DNA of 64,000 bases, taken from the NCBI GenBank assembly GCA_965116905.1, contig OZ220732.1, forward strand, positions 480,001 to 544,000, in the 5' to 3' direction. This DNA comes from Longimicrobiales bacterium. GTDB lineage: Bacteria > Gemmatimonadota > Gemmatimonadetes > Longimicrobiales > Gaopeijiaceae. The notes under the pieces were generated by a model, which did not search any database, was not told the DNA's origin, and worked only from the letters and a program-made list of their open reading frames with translations. Shown piece by piece: positions 21,327 through 30,470 of the stretch; the stretch's first letter is position 1; every line of letters starts with the position of its first letter. A program made the position numbers and the translations under genes.

Positions 21327-22804
21327 TCGACCTGCAGCCAGATCGTACCCAGGCCCGATCTGTCGCGGCGCAGCCGGCGCCCCTCGGGGACGTCTTCGAC
21401 CCTGTAGAGCAGATCGAAGCATTCCGGGAATGCCGAAGCGACTCCGTGGGTGGTCCTGACCAGGAGCAGCGGGATCCGCCGCGACAGGCGCACCAGTTCC
21501 ACAAGGGCTCTGTGCACGTCCTCGCGGCCGAGTCGGTCGAGACCGGCGGGCAAGACCACTGACTGCAACGTTACGCCGGCATCCACGGCCAGTTCCGCCA
21601 GCGCGATCCTCACCGCCAGTTCGAGGGCGGCGAACTCCTTGCCGCCCCGGCGTCCCCCGTCGGCCCAGTCGGCGAAGAGCGCAGGAAAAACCCCCGCCAA
21701 ACGCCCTCCGGTCAACGACAGGACCTTGCCGTGGATGCGCGCGCGGACGCTCTCACGCGTCGCGCTCACGATTCTCGCGCGCGTATCCTCCATCTCGGCG
21801 CTCCCGCCTTGGCCACCGAGCCGGGCTTCCAGGGCCACGAACTCGTCCAGGCGCCCGAGCGCGGCCTCCAGTTCCAACCCGCGAATCTTCCGGCGCTCCA
21901 GTTCCTCGGACAGCTCGTTGACGGCGCTGTCCAGCTCCATCGCCCTGGTCTCGATCGCCCTGAGATCGTCGGGCTTGCGCTCGAGCTGGTCCCTGCGCCT
22001 GCGCCACCAGCGTCCGTCCTGCACGACGGCCTCCCACTCCTCGCGGCGCGCCTTCCGCACGGCTTCGGCGCGATCCTTCAGCGGCTGCCCACAGCTCCCG
22101 CACGCAGCCGCGTCCCCTTCTTCGTCGAGGCGTCTGAGGCGCTGCCGCAGTTCGAGTTCACGATCCCGGTACAGAAGCAGCCGCGTCTCGGCGTCCTGGC
22201 GCTCGCGCACCCACGCCATCATCCCCGCTTCCACGTCCCCATGCACCTCCGCGGCCTCCCCGCGAGCCTCCCGCAACTGCGCTTCGAGGGCTTCCGTGCC
22301 TTCCCCGGACTGGCGCAGACGCGCCACATCGTCCTTTGCCTCGCGGATCATGCGGCGCACGAACCCGTCCAGCGCCCCGCCGTCCCGCGAGCCGCCCCGC
22401 GGGCCGCCGCTCCCCTCCGGCGCGAGCATGCGCCCCAATTCACGCACCTGGCGGGTCGTCTCGGGACCCTGGCCAAGCGTGCCCGCGGCCGACAGCCACG
22501 TCGTCACGGGTCCGCCCCCGAACCAGACGGCCGCGTACTCCTCCCGGGACAGGGCGTGCGCGGTCAGGGTCGGTGCCAGAACCTCCTCGAAGGCCCGGCC
22601 GCCCACTTCCATCGTGCCGTCGCCGGTGCGTACCAGGACCCGGGGGCCACCCGGCCGGCCCGGCCTCGCAAACCCCTCGCGCAGCGAAGACATGAACTCT
22701 CCCCACAGCGAACCGCCATCGGCGACGAATGCGACCAGGCCACGCGCGTCCTGAAGGTCGAGCACCTGACCCCGCAGGCCCGCCTGCAGCACATCGATCT
22801 TCAT
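21323..22804 (-). CDS. SbcC/Rad50-like coiled-coil protein with degenerate ATPase motifs
   Basis: Coiled coil with central CGSCGQPL zinc hook; LELAVRIALAE and TTH near the C-terminus; start overlaps the stop of the sbcD-like gene. Confidence 0.7.
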   Translation of the reverse strand: MKIDVLQAGLRGQVLDLQDARGLVAFVADGGSLWGEFMSSLREGFARPGRPGGPRVLVRTGDGTMEVGGRAFEEVLAPTLTAHALSREEYAAVWFGGGPVTTWLSAAGTLGQGPETTRQVRELGRMLAPEGSGGPRGGSRDGGALDGFVRRMIREAKDDVARLRQSGEGTEALEAQLREARGEAAEVHGDVEAGMMAWVRERQDAETRLLLYRDRELELRQRLRRLDEEGDAAACGSCGQPLKDRAEAVRKARREEWEAVVQDGRWWRRRRDQLERKPDDLRAIETRAMELDSAVNELSEELERRKIRGLELEAALGRLDEFVALEARLGGQGGSAEMEDTRARIVSATRESVRARIHGKVLSLTGGRLAGVFPALFADWADGGRRGGKEFAALELAVRIALAELAVDAGVTLQSVVLPAGLDRLGREDVHRALVELVRLSRRIPLLLVRTTHGVASAFPECFDLLYRVEDVPEGRRLRRDRSGLGTIWLQVD

Positions 22805-23907
22805 GCCTGCGCCCCCCCTGCCAACGGGACCGCGCCCGGCGCGGGAGCGGCCATCCCGGGCACGTCGGCAACGGTCTCGCCGTGACCACGACGCGCGTCC
22901 ATCCCGCCCTTCCCGTGCGAGGTGCCCTGACCGGGCAGCGCGTCGATCCTCAGCTCGGCCACCCGGCGCCGTACCCTCGCGAGCACCTCGCGGTCGAGAA
23001 CGGCGAGGTCGTCTGCCGAAAGGCCCCGCACGGGAATCCGCAACAGCTTCCCGTCGATCCCCCCGGGGACTCCGCCCAGCGCCTCGCTCAGGCGCCGCGT
23101 CACGGTTGCAGTCCCGCCACCTGTCGCTTCCACCGGGGCCAGACTCACGGCGGCACGCGCCTCCACCGGCCAGAAGGTCACCTCGGCGCCCGGCCCCCGG
23201 CCACCGCCCGGCCCCCGGCCACCGCCCGACCGCGACTCGTCCTCCGCGAGCCGCGCGGTGATGAACCCCTTGGCTGTCGCGGCCTCGGCCCACGGATCGG
23301 CACCCACCCGCTCGAGGGAGCCGGCGTACCAGGCTCGCTCGGTGACCTCGGTATGGGTGTGATCGGAACCCAGCGCGACGTAGTCCCATCCGCCCAGGGG
23401 AATGGGCACGGCGTGGGACCTTCCCGAAGCCAGCGCGGCATGCATGACGAGTACGTTGCACCGGGCAGTCGGATCCGGGGACACATCGACGGCACGCGAC
23501 CCCATCACCGTGCGGTGTGGCACCAGGGTGACGCTGACCTTGCCGTCACGCAGGCTGAGGCGACGTACCGCAGTGGACGCGACCTCGACCGCCTCCATGG
23601 CCCCGACCACCGTGAGCGGCCCGTCCCGGTCTGCATCCAACGGTGTGTCCCGCGCCCCTGCCACGACCGCCACAACCACCCCGGGGAGCCGCTTGCGCAG
23701 GGTGCGCACCGCCCGTCCGAAGGTCGCGATGGGCGTGGCCGTTACATCGGGATGGTCGAAGACATCACCCGACACGACCACCAGCTCCACGCCGATCTCC
23801 GCGATCCGCGCCAGCGCCGCCTCGAAGATCCGCAGCACGTCGCGGGCCCGGCCGGCTCCGCCACCGGCGTACCCCAAATGCAGATCCGAAATATGCGCCA
23901 GTTTCAT
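22801..23907 (-). CDS. SbcD/Mre11-like metallophosphoesterase with altered catalytic motifs
   Basis: HISDLHLG, SGDVFD, WDYVALG and YAGSLER motifs; KGF C-terminal element. Confidence 0.8.
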   Translation of the reverse strand: MKLAHISDLHLGYAGGGAGRARDVLRIFEAALARIAEIGVELVVVSGDVFDHPDVTATPIATFGRAVRTLRKRLPGVVVAVVAGARDTPLDADRDGPLTVVGAMEAVEVASTAVRRLSLRDGKVSVTLVPHRTVMGSRAVDVSPDPTARCNVLVMHAALASGRSHAVPIPLGGWDYVALGSDHTHTEVTERAWYAGSLERVGADPWAEAATAKGFITARLAEDESRSGGGRGPGGGRGPGAEVTFWPVEARAAVSLAPVEATGGGTATVTRRLSEALGGVPGGIDGKLLRIPVRGLSADDLAVLDREVLARVRRRVAELRIDALPGQGTSHGKGGMDARRGHGETVADVPGMAAPAPGAVPLAGGAQA

Positions 23908-25277
23908 TCCGGACCCGCCCGTGGGCCGCCCTCGGCCCCATCCTCGGCCCCGGCCTCGGCCTGGACCGGCAGTGGCGACGGCTTCATGCCCGGCAAGGGT
24001 CCCGGCGGCTCGGCCGACGCACTGAAACACCATAGTTCGTCCCTGCGCGGAGCCAGCCGAGGAGGCCCCCGAGAGCCTTCCACGAACCCCGTGTAGCGGA
24101 AGACCTCCATTCCCGCTGCAAACCCGGCATCCGCGAGCGAGTCGGGCAGACGCCCGCGCGGACCCCGGATCCAGACGCGTTCGATCTCAGCGTCGCGCAA
24201 CGAACGCAGGAGGTCCCCCAGCGGCTGGGAGCGAGCCAGTGACTCACCCAGGGCCCCCCACTCGGCCACGTACGTGAGGCCCGGAGCCTCGGGAACAAGA
24301 GAAGATGCCATGCGATCATCGTCCCACCCGAATCCCCGGGACGCCAGAGCCCGAATGGCCGCATCCGGCTCATACATCGTCCAGGCCCGCCCGTCCGGCT
24401 GCTCGGACCAGCTGCCCGCACCAACAAAGAACACAGGATCGTCCTCGCCCAGCGAGCTCTCGACCGCCCTTCGCCAATCCCCCGCAGGCGGCCGATCGAC
24501 CGCAAGGTCGCGCCCGTCCTCGAACAGCGCATGAATCGTTGTTTTCGGAACCAGGGTGTGCCACGCCTCCAATCGGAGTTCGGGACGGTCGGGGCTGTGC
24601 AGCACCAGGCGCCGCCGCGGCACCCGGTCGAAAATCCAGCCCTGGAAGCGCGCGCCCGCCGCGGCCAGCACCGTGGCCCCGAGGAAAGCCGTGACCGCCA
24701 GCACCGGGCGGCCCAGAAAGGTGCCGGCCAGAACGGATCCGAGCACCAGACCCGTGACGCCGCCGAGCCCGATCTGCCGCCTGCCGTTCGGCTCGAGCAC
24801 CGCGGCAAAACCGCTGAGCCGGCCGAGAACCCCTCCCGCGAAGTACGCCGGAAGCGCGGCGGTCAGCGCGAGTCCGGCCCCCTGGGCCATGGCCACGCCC
24901 TCGAACCCCGCCATCGCCTCCCATACTGCCGTGAAACCCGCGCCAACGAGCAGGGCCACGAGAAAGCCCACCCATCCGCGAGCCGCCGCGGGGACGGTTT
25001 CCTCGCTTTGGCTGCCGTTGCCCACCCATAGCCCGGCCACCAGGGAGATGGCCGCGATTCCAAGCAGCACCGCCATGGCCCGCAGCAGACCCTGCGTTCC
25101 GTCGAGCACGGCCCCCGCCCCGGCCGCGTACAAGGGGTCGGCCGCGCCGGCTCCCAGTCCCCTGACCAGCCACTGGGCGTCGTAGAGAAGCACGGCCGCG
25201 CCCGTCGCGATCGCGATCGCGAGAGACGTTCCCACGAACAACGCCGGTATCCAGAGCATACGGCGCGCCCGGGTCAT
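23904..25277 (-). CDS. Membrane protein with a degenerate SAM-dependent (spermidine-synthase-like) C-terminal domain
   Basis: About 6 N-terminal TM helices, then VFFVGAGS and MYEPDAAIRALASRGF, resembling MTase motifs I and II. Confidence 0.5.
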   Translation of the reverse strand: MTRARRMLWIPALFVGTSLAIAIATGAAVLLYDAQWLVRGLGAGAADPLYAAGAGAVLDGTQGLLRAMAVLLGIAAISLVAGLWVGNGSQSEETVPAAARGWVGFLVALLVGAGFTAVWEAMAGFEGVAMAQGAGLALTAALPAYFAGGVLGRLSGFAAVLEPNGRRQIGLGGVTGLVLGSVLAGTFLGRPVLAVTAFLGATVLAAAGARFQGWIFDRVPRRRLVLHSPDRPELRLEAWHTLVPKTTIHALFEDGRDLAVDRPPAGDWRRAVESSLGEDDPVFFVGAGSWSEQPDGRAWTMYEPDAAIRALASRGFGWDDDRMASSLVPEAPGLTYVAEWGALGESLARSQPLGDLLRSLRDAEIERVWIRGPRGRLPDSLADAGFAAGMEVFRYTGFVEGSRGPPRLAPRRDELWCFSASAEPPGPLPGMKPSPLPVQAEAGAEDGAEGGPRAGPE

Positions 25278-25831
25278 GGCTCCTCCGAGGATGGTGGGAC
25301 TCCGTCGCCGTGCCGGGAGCCGTGGGGGTCTCCGGCCGTTGTCAGGTTTTCGTACCGGCCACGGATGAAGACGAGGGGATCGCCCCCTGCCGCCTCTCCG
25401 TCGTTCACCTCGCCGACGAGGATCACGTGATCCCCGGCCTCGAAGGTGCGATAGAGGCCGCAGGTCATCCAGGCCACGGCGCCTTCCAGAACGGGACCGC
25501 CCCCACCCCTGACGGAGAAGGTGACATTCCGGAAGCGGTCCCTGCGCTTCTCCTCGGCGAACCGGACCGCCATCGAGGCCGCGCCGGCACCGAGGATGTT
25601 CACCGTAAACGAGCCGTGCGCGAGGATAGCGCCCAGGGAGGACGACTTCTCCGACACGCACACCAGCACAAGCGGAGGATCCAGCGAGACCGAGGTGACC
25701 GAGTTCGCCGTCAGCCCGACGGGCGCGCCGTCGCGGCCGATTGCCGTGACGATGGTCACGCCCGTGGGATAGTGTCCCATGATCTTGCGGAACCGGGCCT
25801 GCCCCAGCGGCATCGAGGGTTCACGACTCAT
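25274..25831 (-). CDS. Flavin reductase family protein
   Basis: YPTGVTIVT, GLTANSVTSVSLDPPLV and AGDHVILVGEV motifs. Confidence 0.92.
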   Translation of the reverse strand: MSREPSMPLGQARFRKIMGHYPTGVTIVTAIGRDGAPVGLTANSVTSVSLDPPLVLVCVSEKSSSLGAILAHGSFTVNILGAGAASMAVRFAEEKRRDRFRNVTFSVRGGGGPVLEGAVAWMTCGLYRTFEAGDHVILVGEVNDGEAAGGDPLVFIRGRYENLTTAGDPHGSRHGDGVPPSSEEP

Positions 25832-25844
25832 CGGCGTCCCTCCA

Positions 25845-26774
25845 TTACAGTTCCGCGAGTATCGTCCGGTAGCTGCGGTGCCGTTCCGGTTGGATGTTCC
25901 CATCCGCCACCGCCGCCAGCACCGAGCAGCCGGGCTCGTGCACGTGCGTGCAGTCCTTGAAATGACACGTTCCAAGGAAGGGACGGAAGTCCGCAAAGCA
26001 ACCATCGAGCTCGGCGGGCGCCACGCCACCCAGTCCAACGTCGGAAAACCCCGGCGTGTCGGCGACGTGCCCGCCGTCGGCCAGCGCGATCAGCCGGCTG
26101 GACACCGTGGTGTGCTTGCCGATCCTGGAGCGCCGGCCGACCCGGCGGGTCCGAAGGTCGAGCGATGGCTCCACCGCGTTGAGCAGGGACGACTTCCCCA
26201 CCCCCGACGGCCCCGCCAGGGCCGACGACCCTGCATGGATCACCGCACGGAATGCCTCCATGCCCATGCCCGTCACCGCCGACGTGGCCAGCACGGCGTA
26301 CCCCGCCGCGCGATACGCACGCCCCAACCCGGCCTCGATCGCGCGGCTCCCCGGCAGGTCCACCTTGTTGAGCACCAGGCGCACGTCCATGCCTCCCGAC
26401 TCGCCCATCACCAGCATGCGGTCGATCACTTCGCGGCTGGGTCGAGGGTCCGCAACCGACGCCACCACCAGAAGCGTGTCCAGGTTGGCCGCCACCACCT
26501 TCGCGGCCCGGCCCGAAGAGGTCCACCGCGACAGGAACGTCCTCCGCTCCCGCACGGCCTCGATCACGAAAGCGCCTCCCGCCCCCGCCGCGACCTCCAC
26601 ATGATCCCCGATCACGACCTTGCCGGGAACGGGACCGGACCACTTGAGGCGCCCCCTGAGCGAAGCCTCCACGATGCCCTCTGCGGTCTGCACGCGGTAC
26701 ACGCCGCCGACCGCCTCGATCACCTGACCCGCGACCGCGCCCCGTACCGCGGCGCGCCGGGCATTCACGCCCAC
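25845..26774 (-). CDS. rsgA: Ribosome small subunit-dependent GTPase A
   Basis: NKVDL, GPSGVGKSSLLN, GKHTT, DTPGF and CHFKDCTHVHEPGC motifs. Confidence 0.96.
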   Translation of the reverse strand: MGVNARRAAVRGAVAGQVIEAVGGVYRVQTAEGIVEASLRGRLKWSGPVPGKVVIGDHVEVAAGAGGAFVIEAVRERRTFLSRWTSSGRAAKVVAANLDTLLVVASVADPRPSREVIDRMLVMGESGGMDVRLVLNKVDLPGSRAIEAGLGRAYRAAGYAVLATSAVTGMGMEAFRAVIHAGSSALAGPSGVGKSSLLNAVEPSLDLRTRRVGRRSRIGKHTTVSSRLIALADGGHVADTPGFSDVGLGGVAPAELDGCFADFRPFLGTCHFKDCTHVHEPGCSVLAAVADGNIQPERHRSYRTILAEL

Positions 26775-26806
26775 GCCCCCGGTCCCTCCAGGGGCATGCT
26801 TCGCGG

Positions 26807-27700
26807 TCAGGCCGCGAAGGACTTCAGGGCCTTGCCCTTGTCGCCTTCGCGAAGGCGCCGCAACGCCCGGTCCCGAAGCTGCCGGATCCGCTCCCTGGTC
26901 ACGCCAAGCAGGTTGCCGATCTCTTCCAGCGTGTGCTCCCGCTCGCCCTCCAGGCCGAAGTACAGCCTGAGCACCCGGGCGTCCCGCGGCTCGAGCGTCC
27001 CCAGGGCGTTGGTGACCGCCTCGGTCAGAAGCCGGTTCTCCACCTCGAGCTCCGGCTCGGCCGCCTCTTCGGTGATGAAGCGCTCCACCAGCTGGGAGTC
27101 TTCGCTGTCGCCGATCGGAGCATCCAGCCGGATTTCCGCCGCGTTGAGGGTCTGCAGCGACTCGACGAGCTGCGGGGTCAGGAACGTCGCCTTGCCCAGC
27201 TCCTCACTGGTCGGATCACGCCCCAGCTCCTGCTTGAGCCGCTCCTTCTCACGGAAGATCCGCGCCAGGTCCGACGCCCGGTTGAGCGGCACCCGCACCG
27301 GACGGCCGTGGTTGGCCAGCGAAGCCAGAATGGCCTGCCGGATCCACCACACCGCGTACGAGATGAACTTCACGCCCTGCTCGGGATCGAACTTCCGCGC
27401 CGCAGTCACCAGACCGACGTTCCCCTCCTGGATGAGATCCGTCAGGGAGACGCCCCGGTTCTGGTACTTCTTGGCGACGCTGATCACGAAACGAAGGTTC
27501 GCCTTGGCCAGCGCCTGGATCGCCTCTTCGTCGCCCTTCTGGGCGCGCGCACCCAGTATCTTTTCCATTTCGGGCGTGATCAGCTCGTGGCGGCTTACGT
27601 CCCGCAGGTACTGGTCCAGTGCGGTCTGCTCGTCCAGGCTGGCGTCGAACCCCGTGAGGGGATTGACCCGTCCCTTCTTCCGCCGAGTTTTCGTGGCCAT
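26807..27700 (-). CDS. RpoD/SigA-family sigma factor (short form, no region 1.1)
   Basis: ANLRFVISVAKKY, DLIQEGNVGL, KFISYAVWWIRQAI and TLEEIG..LGVTRERIRQ motifs. Confidence 0.95.
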   Translation of the reverse strand: MATKTRRKKGRVNPLTGFDASLDEQTALDQYLRDVSRHELITPEMEKILGARAQKGDEEAIQALAKANLRFVISVAKKYQNRGVSLTDLIQEGNVGLVTAARKFDPEQGVKFISYAVWWIRQAILASLANHGRPVRVPLNRASDLARIFREKERLKQELGRDPTSEELGKATFLTPQLVESLQTLNAAEIRLDAPIGDSEDSQLVERFITEEAAEPELEVENRLLTEAVTNALGTLEPRDARVLRLYFGLEGEREHTLEEIGNLLGVTRERIRQLRDRALRRLREGDKGKALKSFAA

Positions 27701-27784
27701 GGTTTCGTCCCGTTTCTTCCGTAGCGAGCCGGCTTGCCGAGTCCGGCGTGCGCGCGGCATGTACAGCCTTTAATCGTAGGGCTG

Positions 27785-29188
27785 TTATTTCTCTGTGTCA
27801 ATTACTGCTTCGTGTGCGTCGGCAGGACGCCCTGCAGTCGCGCTCCGTACTGTATCTACGTTCGTCGTGCATATCCGTTCCCCGGCGCCCGCCGGGGCCA
27901 TCGCAAGCCTCTCCAGCAGCCAGTCCGGATCCACCTCGCGCCGTTCGAAGGTGAACAGGCGAAGCACTCGTGCGGTACGGTAGAGTTCCCGTCCAAGTTT
28001 CGGCAGATCCATGAGACCGGTGATGCCCTCCCTTCCCAGGCGCACCACGCCACCCGGCCTGTCCACCAGCACATCCAGCTGGAACATGGCCTTCTTGACC
28101 GGGAAATCGAGGATCACTTCGCCCGGCTCCAATTCCAGCTCCACTGCAATCCCGTCTTCCAGGCGCCGCTTCTCGGCCGTGTCTCCGCTGACCCACTCCG
28201 GCACCGCACTTCCTTCGAGTTGCCAGGCGGGGATTTCCGTTGCCCGCTTGGGCAGGCGCCTCTCGCGCAACGCCGGCAGCCACCGGTCGGCCAGACGCGA
28301 CGCCACCGGATCGCGGCTCGCTGCGGCTCTGCGGCGGAGGTCGTAAAGCAGCTCCTCGTCGGTGGGGCCGATCAGCTCCTCCGGGGACAGGAGCCCCGCC
28401 TCGACCGCAGTCTCCACAATGCGCTTGTAGAGCCCGGTGCCCGCCCGTACCGCGTGGTGCCAATAGACCGTGCGGAACATCTGGTACTTCGAAAAGAGGA
28501 GCGACTCGAGGGTGCTGAGCGACTTCATCCCGACGCCGACCTCCCACTCCCCCGTGGCGGGATCCCGCAGCAGCATGAGCCCCTGCAGCAGCCGCTCCAC
28601 GTCCACCTCGCCGTACGGCACGCCACAGAAGCGCGCATCGCGGCGCAGGTATTCCATCTTGTCCAGGTCGAGGCTGCCGCTCACCAGGCCCCGCAGCGCG
28701 TTGTCGCCCTCCCCCTTGATGATCCGGTGAATCTCGTCGGCGGCTCCCGGGCCGAGCGGCGCCATCGCGGCCTGAAGCTCGGCCGATTCGAAGAAGCGCG
28801 CGCTCATCTCTTCGTGGTCCCCCACGATTCTCTCGGGTTCGAGCTCCTCGAGGGCGTGGGAGAAGGCGTAGTGCCCTATGTCGTGAAGAAGGGCGGCGCA
28901 GGGGATGAGGTCAGCTCCCCGCCACACGTCTGCGGGGACATCGGCGCCGTCCCGGAGGATGCGGAGCGCCCGCACGGCGAGGTGATAGACCCCCAGCGCG
29001 TGATCGAAGCGCGTGTGGGTTGCGCCTGGGTAGACCAGGTGCGCGAGGCCGAGCTGGCGTATGTAGCGGAGCCGCTGAAACGCCGCCGTGTCGACGATCG
29101 CGACGGCGACCGGGTCGAGCGCGATCGTGTTCCAGATCGGGTCACGAATGATGCGGGAACGCCCATGCCTGAACATGGAGGGCGACAT
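27785..29188 (-). CDS. HD-domain phosphohydrolase (SAMHD1/dNTPase-like)
   Basis: FQRLRYIRQLG, HTRFDHALG, LLHDIGHYAFSH, LDLDKMEYLRRD and VYWH motifs. Confidence 0.88.
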   Translation of the reverse strand: MSPSMFRHGRSRIIRDPIWNTIALDPVAVAIVDTAAFQRLRYIRQLGLAHLVYPGATHTRFDHALGVYHLAVRALRILRDGADVPADVWRGADLIPCAALLHDIGHYAFSHALEELEPERIVGDHEEMSARFFESAELQAAMAPLGPGAADEIHRIIKGEGDNALRGLVSGSLDLDKMEYLRRDARFCGVPYGEVDVERLLQGLMLLRDPATGEWEVGVGMKSLSTLESLLFSKYQMFRTVYWHHAVRAGTGLYKRIVETAVEAGLLSPEELIGPTDEELLYDLRRRAAASRDPVASRLADRWLPALRERRLPKRATEIPAWQLEGSAVPEWVSGDTAEKRRLEDGIAVELELEPGEVILDFPVKKAMFQLDVLVDRPGGVVRLGREGITGLMDLPKLGRELYRTARVLRLFTFERREVDPDWLLERLAMAPAGAGERICTTNVDTVRSATAGRPADAHEAVIDTEK

Positions 29189-29318
29189 TAGCGTGTTGGA
29201 TGGGCGCTTGCAATGCCTGTACGGGACTTTTTTCGCCGGCTACCGGGTCCGCGTCGGCGCGCGGGCCGTCGGTCGAGCGCGTTGACCGTGACCGAATAAA
29301 TGGCGAAGTTGGGGGGCC

Positions 29319-30407
29319 ATGACGACCTCCGGACTCCGCGAACGGGTGCGCTCGAGTGCCGAAGATCGGCCCGGCGTCTACCGCTGGCTCGGCAGGCGCG
29401 GCAGGATCCTCTACGTCGGCAAGTCCGTCCGTGTGCGGTCGCGCCTCCTGTCGTATTTTCGCGAGGACGCGGGCAAGACGGCGCGCATGGTGGCCGAGGC
29501 CGAGGCGGTAAGCTGGGACTACACGCCCAACGAATTCGCCGCCCTGTTCCGCGAAATGCGGTTGATCCGGGTCTGGCAGCCCGAGTACAACGTGCAGCAC
29601 AAGCGCGACCGCCGGTACGGCTTCATCAAGGTGACGCGCGAGCCCGCGCCACGACTGATACCGGTGTCGCGCGTGCACGGCGACGGCGCCCGCTACTACG
29701 GCCCATTCGGCCAGACCGGCTGGCTCGCGCGGGCCGTCCATGACCTTTCGCTGGCGACCGGCCTGCGGGACTGTCCCGCCGACACCCCCATCCACTTCGG
29801 CGACCAGTTCGAGATGTTCGGCGGAAGAAGGGTGCCACGCTGCATCCGCGTGGAAACGGGCACCTGCCCCGGCCCCTGCGCCGGCCGCTGCACGACCGCC
29901 GAGTACGAACGGGGTCTCCGCCTGGCGCGGGCGTTCCTGGAGGCCCGGAGCCGGGCGCCGCTCCAGGAGCTGGAGCGGTCCGTCAAGGAGGCGGCTGAGC
30001 ACCTCCGGTTCGAGTACGCAGCCACCATGCGGGACCGCATGGCCACACTGGAGAAGCTGTGGAACCATCTTTCCGGCTTCCGCGGCCGGATCGAACACCT
30101 CAACCTGGTCTACCCGGTCTCGGGATTCCGGGGCGAAGACCGGATCTACCTGATTCGGCGCGGCCGCCTGCACGGCGAGATACCGTGGCCGAAGAGCGAC
30201 GAGGCCCGCGGGCAGGCCGACACTGTCGTGAAGGAGGCGTTCCGTCCCGTCGCGGCGGATCGAAACGGCGCGCTCGAGGCCGACGCGGCGGCGGAGGTGC
30301 TCATGACGGTGGCGTGGTTCAACAAGCGGCCCAGGGAACGGCGCCGGGCGGTGGCGCCCGAGAGGTGGCTGGCCGGGGGGGTCCTCCGACGGGCTGTCCA
30401 CCGGTAG
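29319..30407 (+). CDS. UvrC N-terminal-like (Cho-type) GIY-YIG nuclease with UVR domain
   Basis: PGVYRW...LYVGKS, Cys cluster RDC..RC..CPGPC and LRFEYAATMRD; no RNase H or HhH C-terminus. Confidence 0.82.
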   Translation: MTTSGLRERVRSSAEDRPGVYRWLGRRGRILYVGKSVRVRSRLLSYFREDAGKTARMVAEAEAVSWDYTPNEFAALFREMRLIRVWQPEYNVQHKRDRRYGFIKVTREPAPRLIPVSRVHGDGARYYGPFGQTGWLARAVHDLSLATGLRDCPADTPIHFGDQFEMFGGRRVPRCIRVETGTCPGPCAGRCTTAEYERGLRLARAFLEARSRAPLQELERSVKEAAEHLRFEYAATMRDRMATLEKLWNHLSGFRGRIEHLNLVYPVSGFRGEDRIYLIRRGRLHGEIPWPKSDEARGQADTVVKEAFRPVAADRNGALEADAAAEVLMTVAWFNKRPRERRRAVAPERWLAGGVLRRAVHR

Positions 30408-30470
30408 GCGTCGTCTCGGGATAACGCCCGGAGCATGGAGATCTCGTTGGCAAACGTTCGGGGGTCCAAG

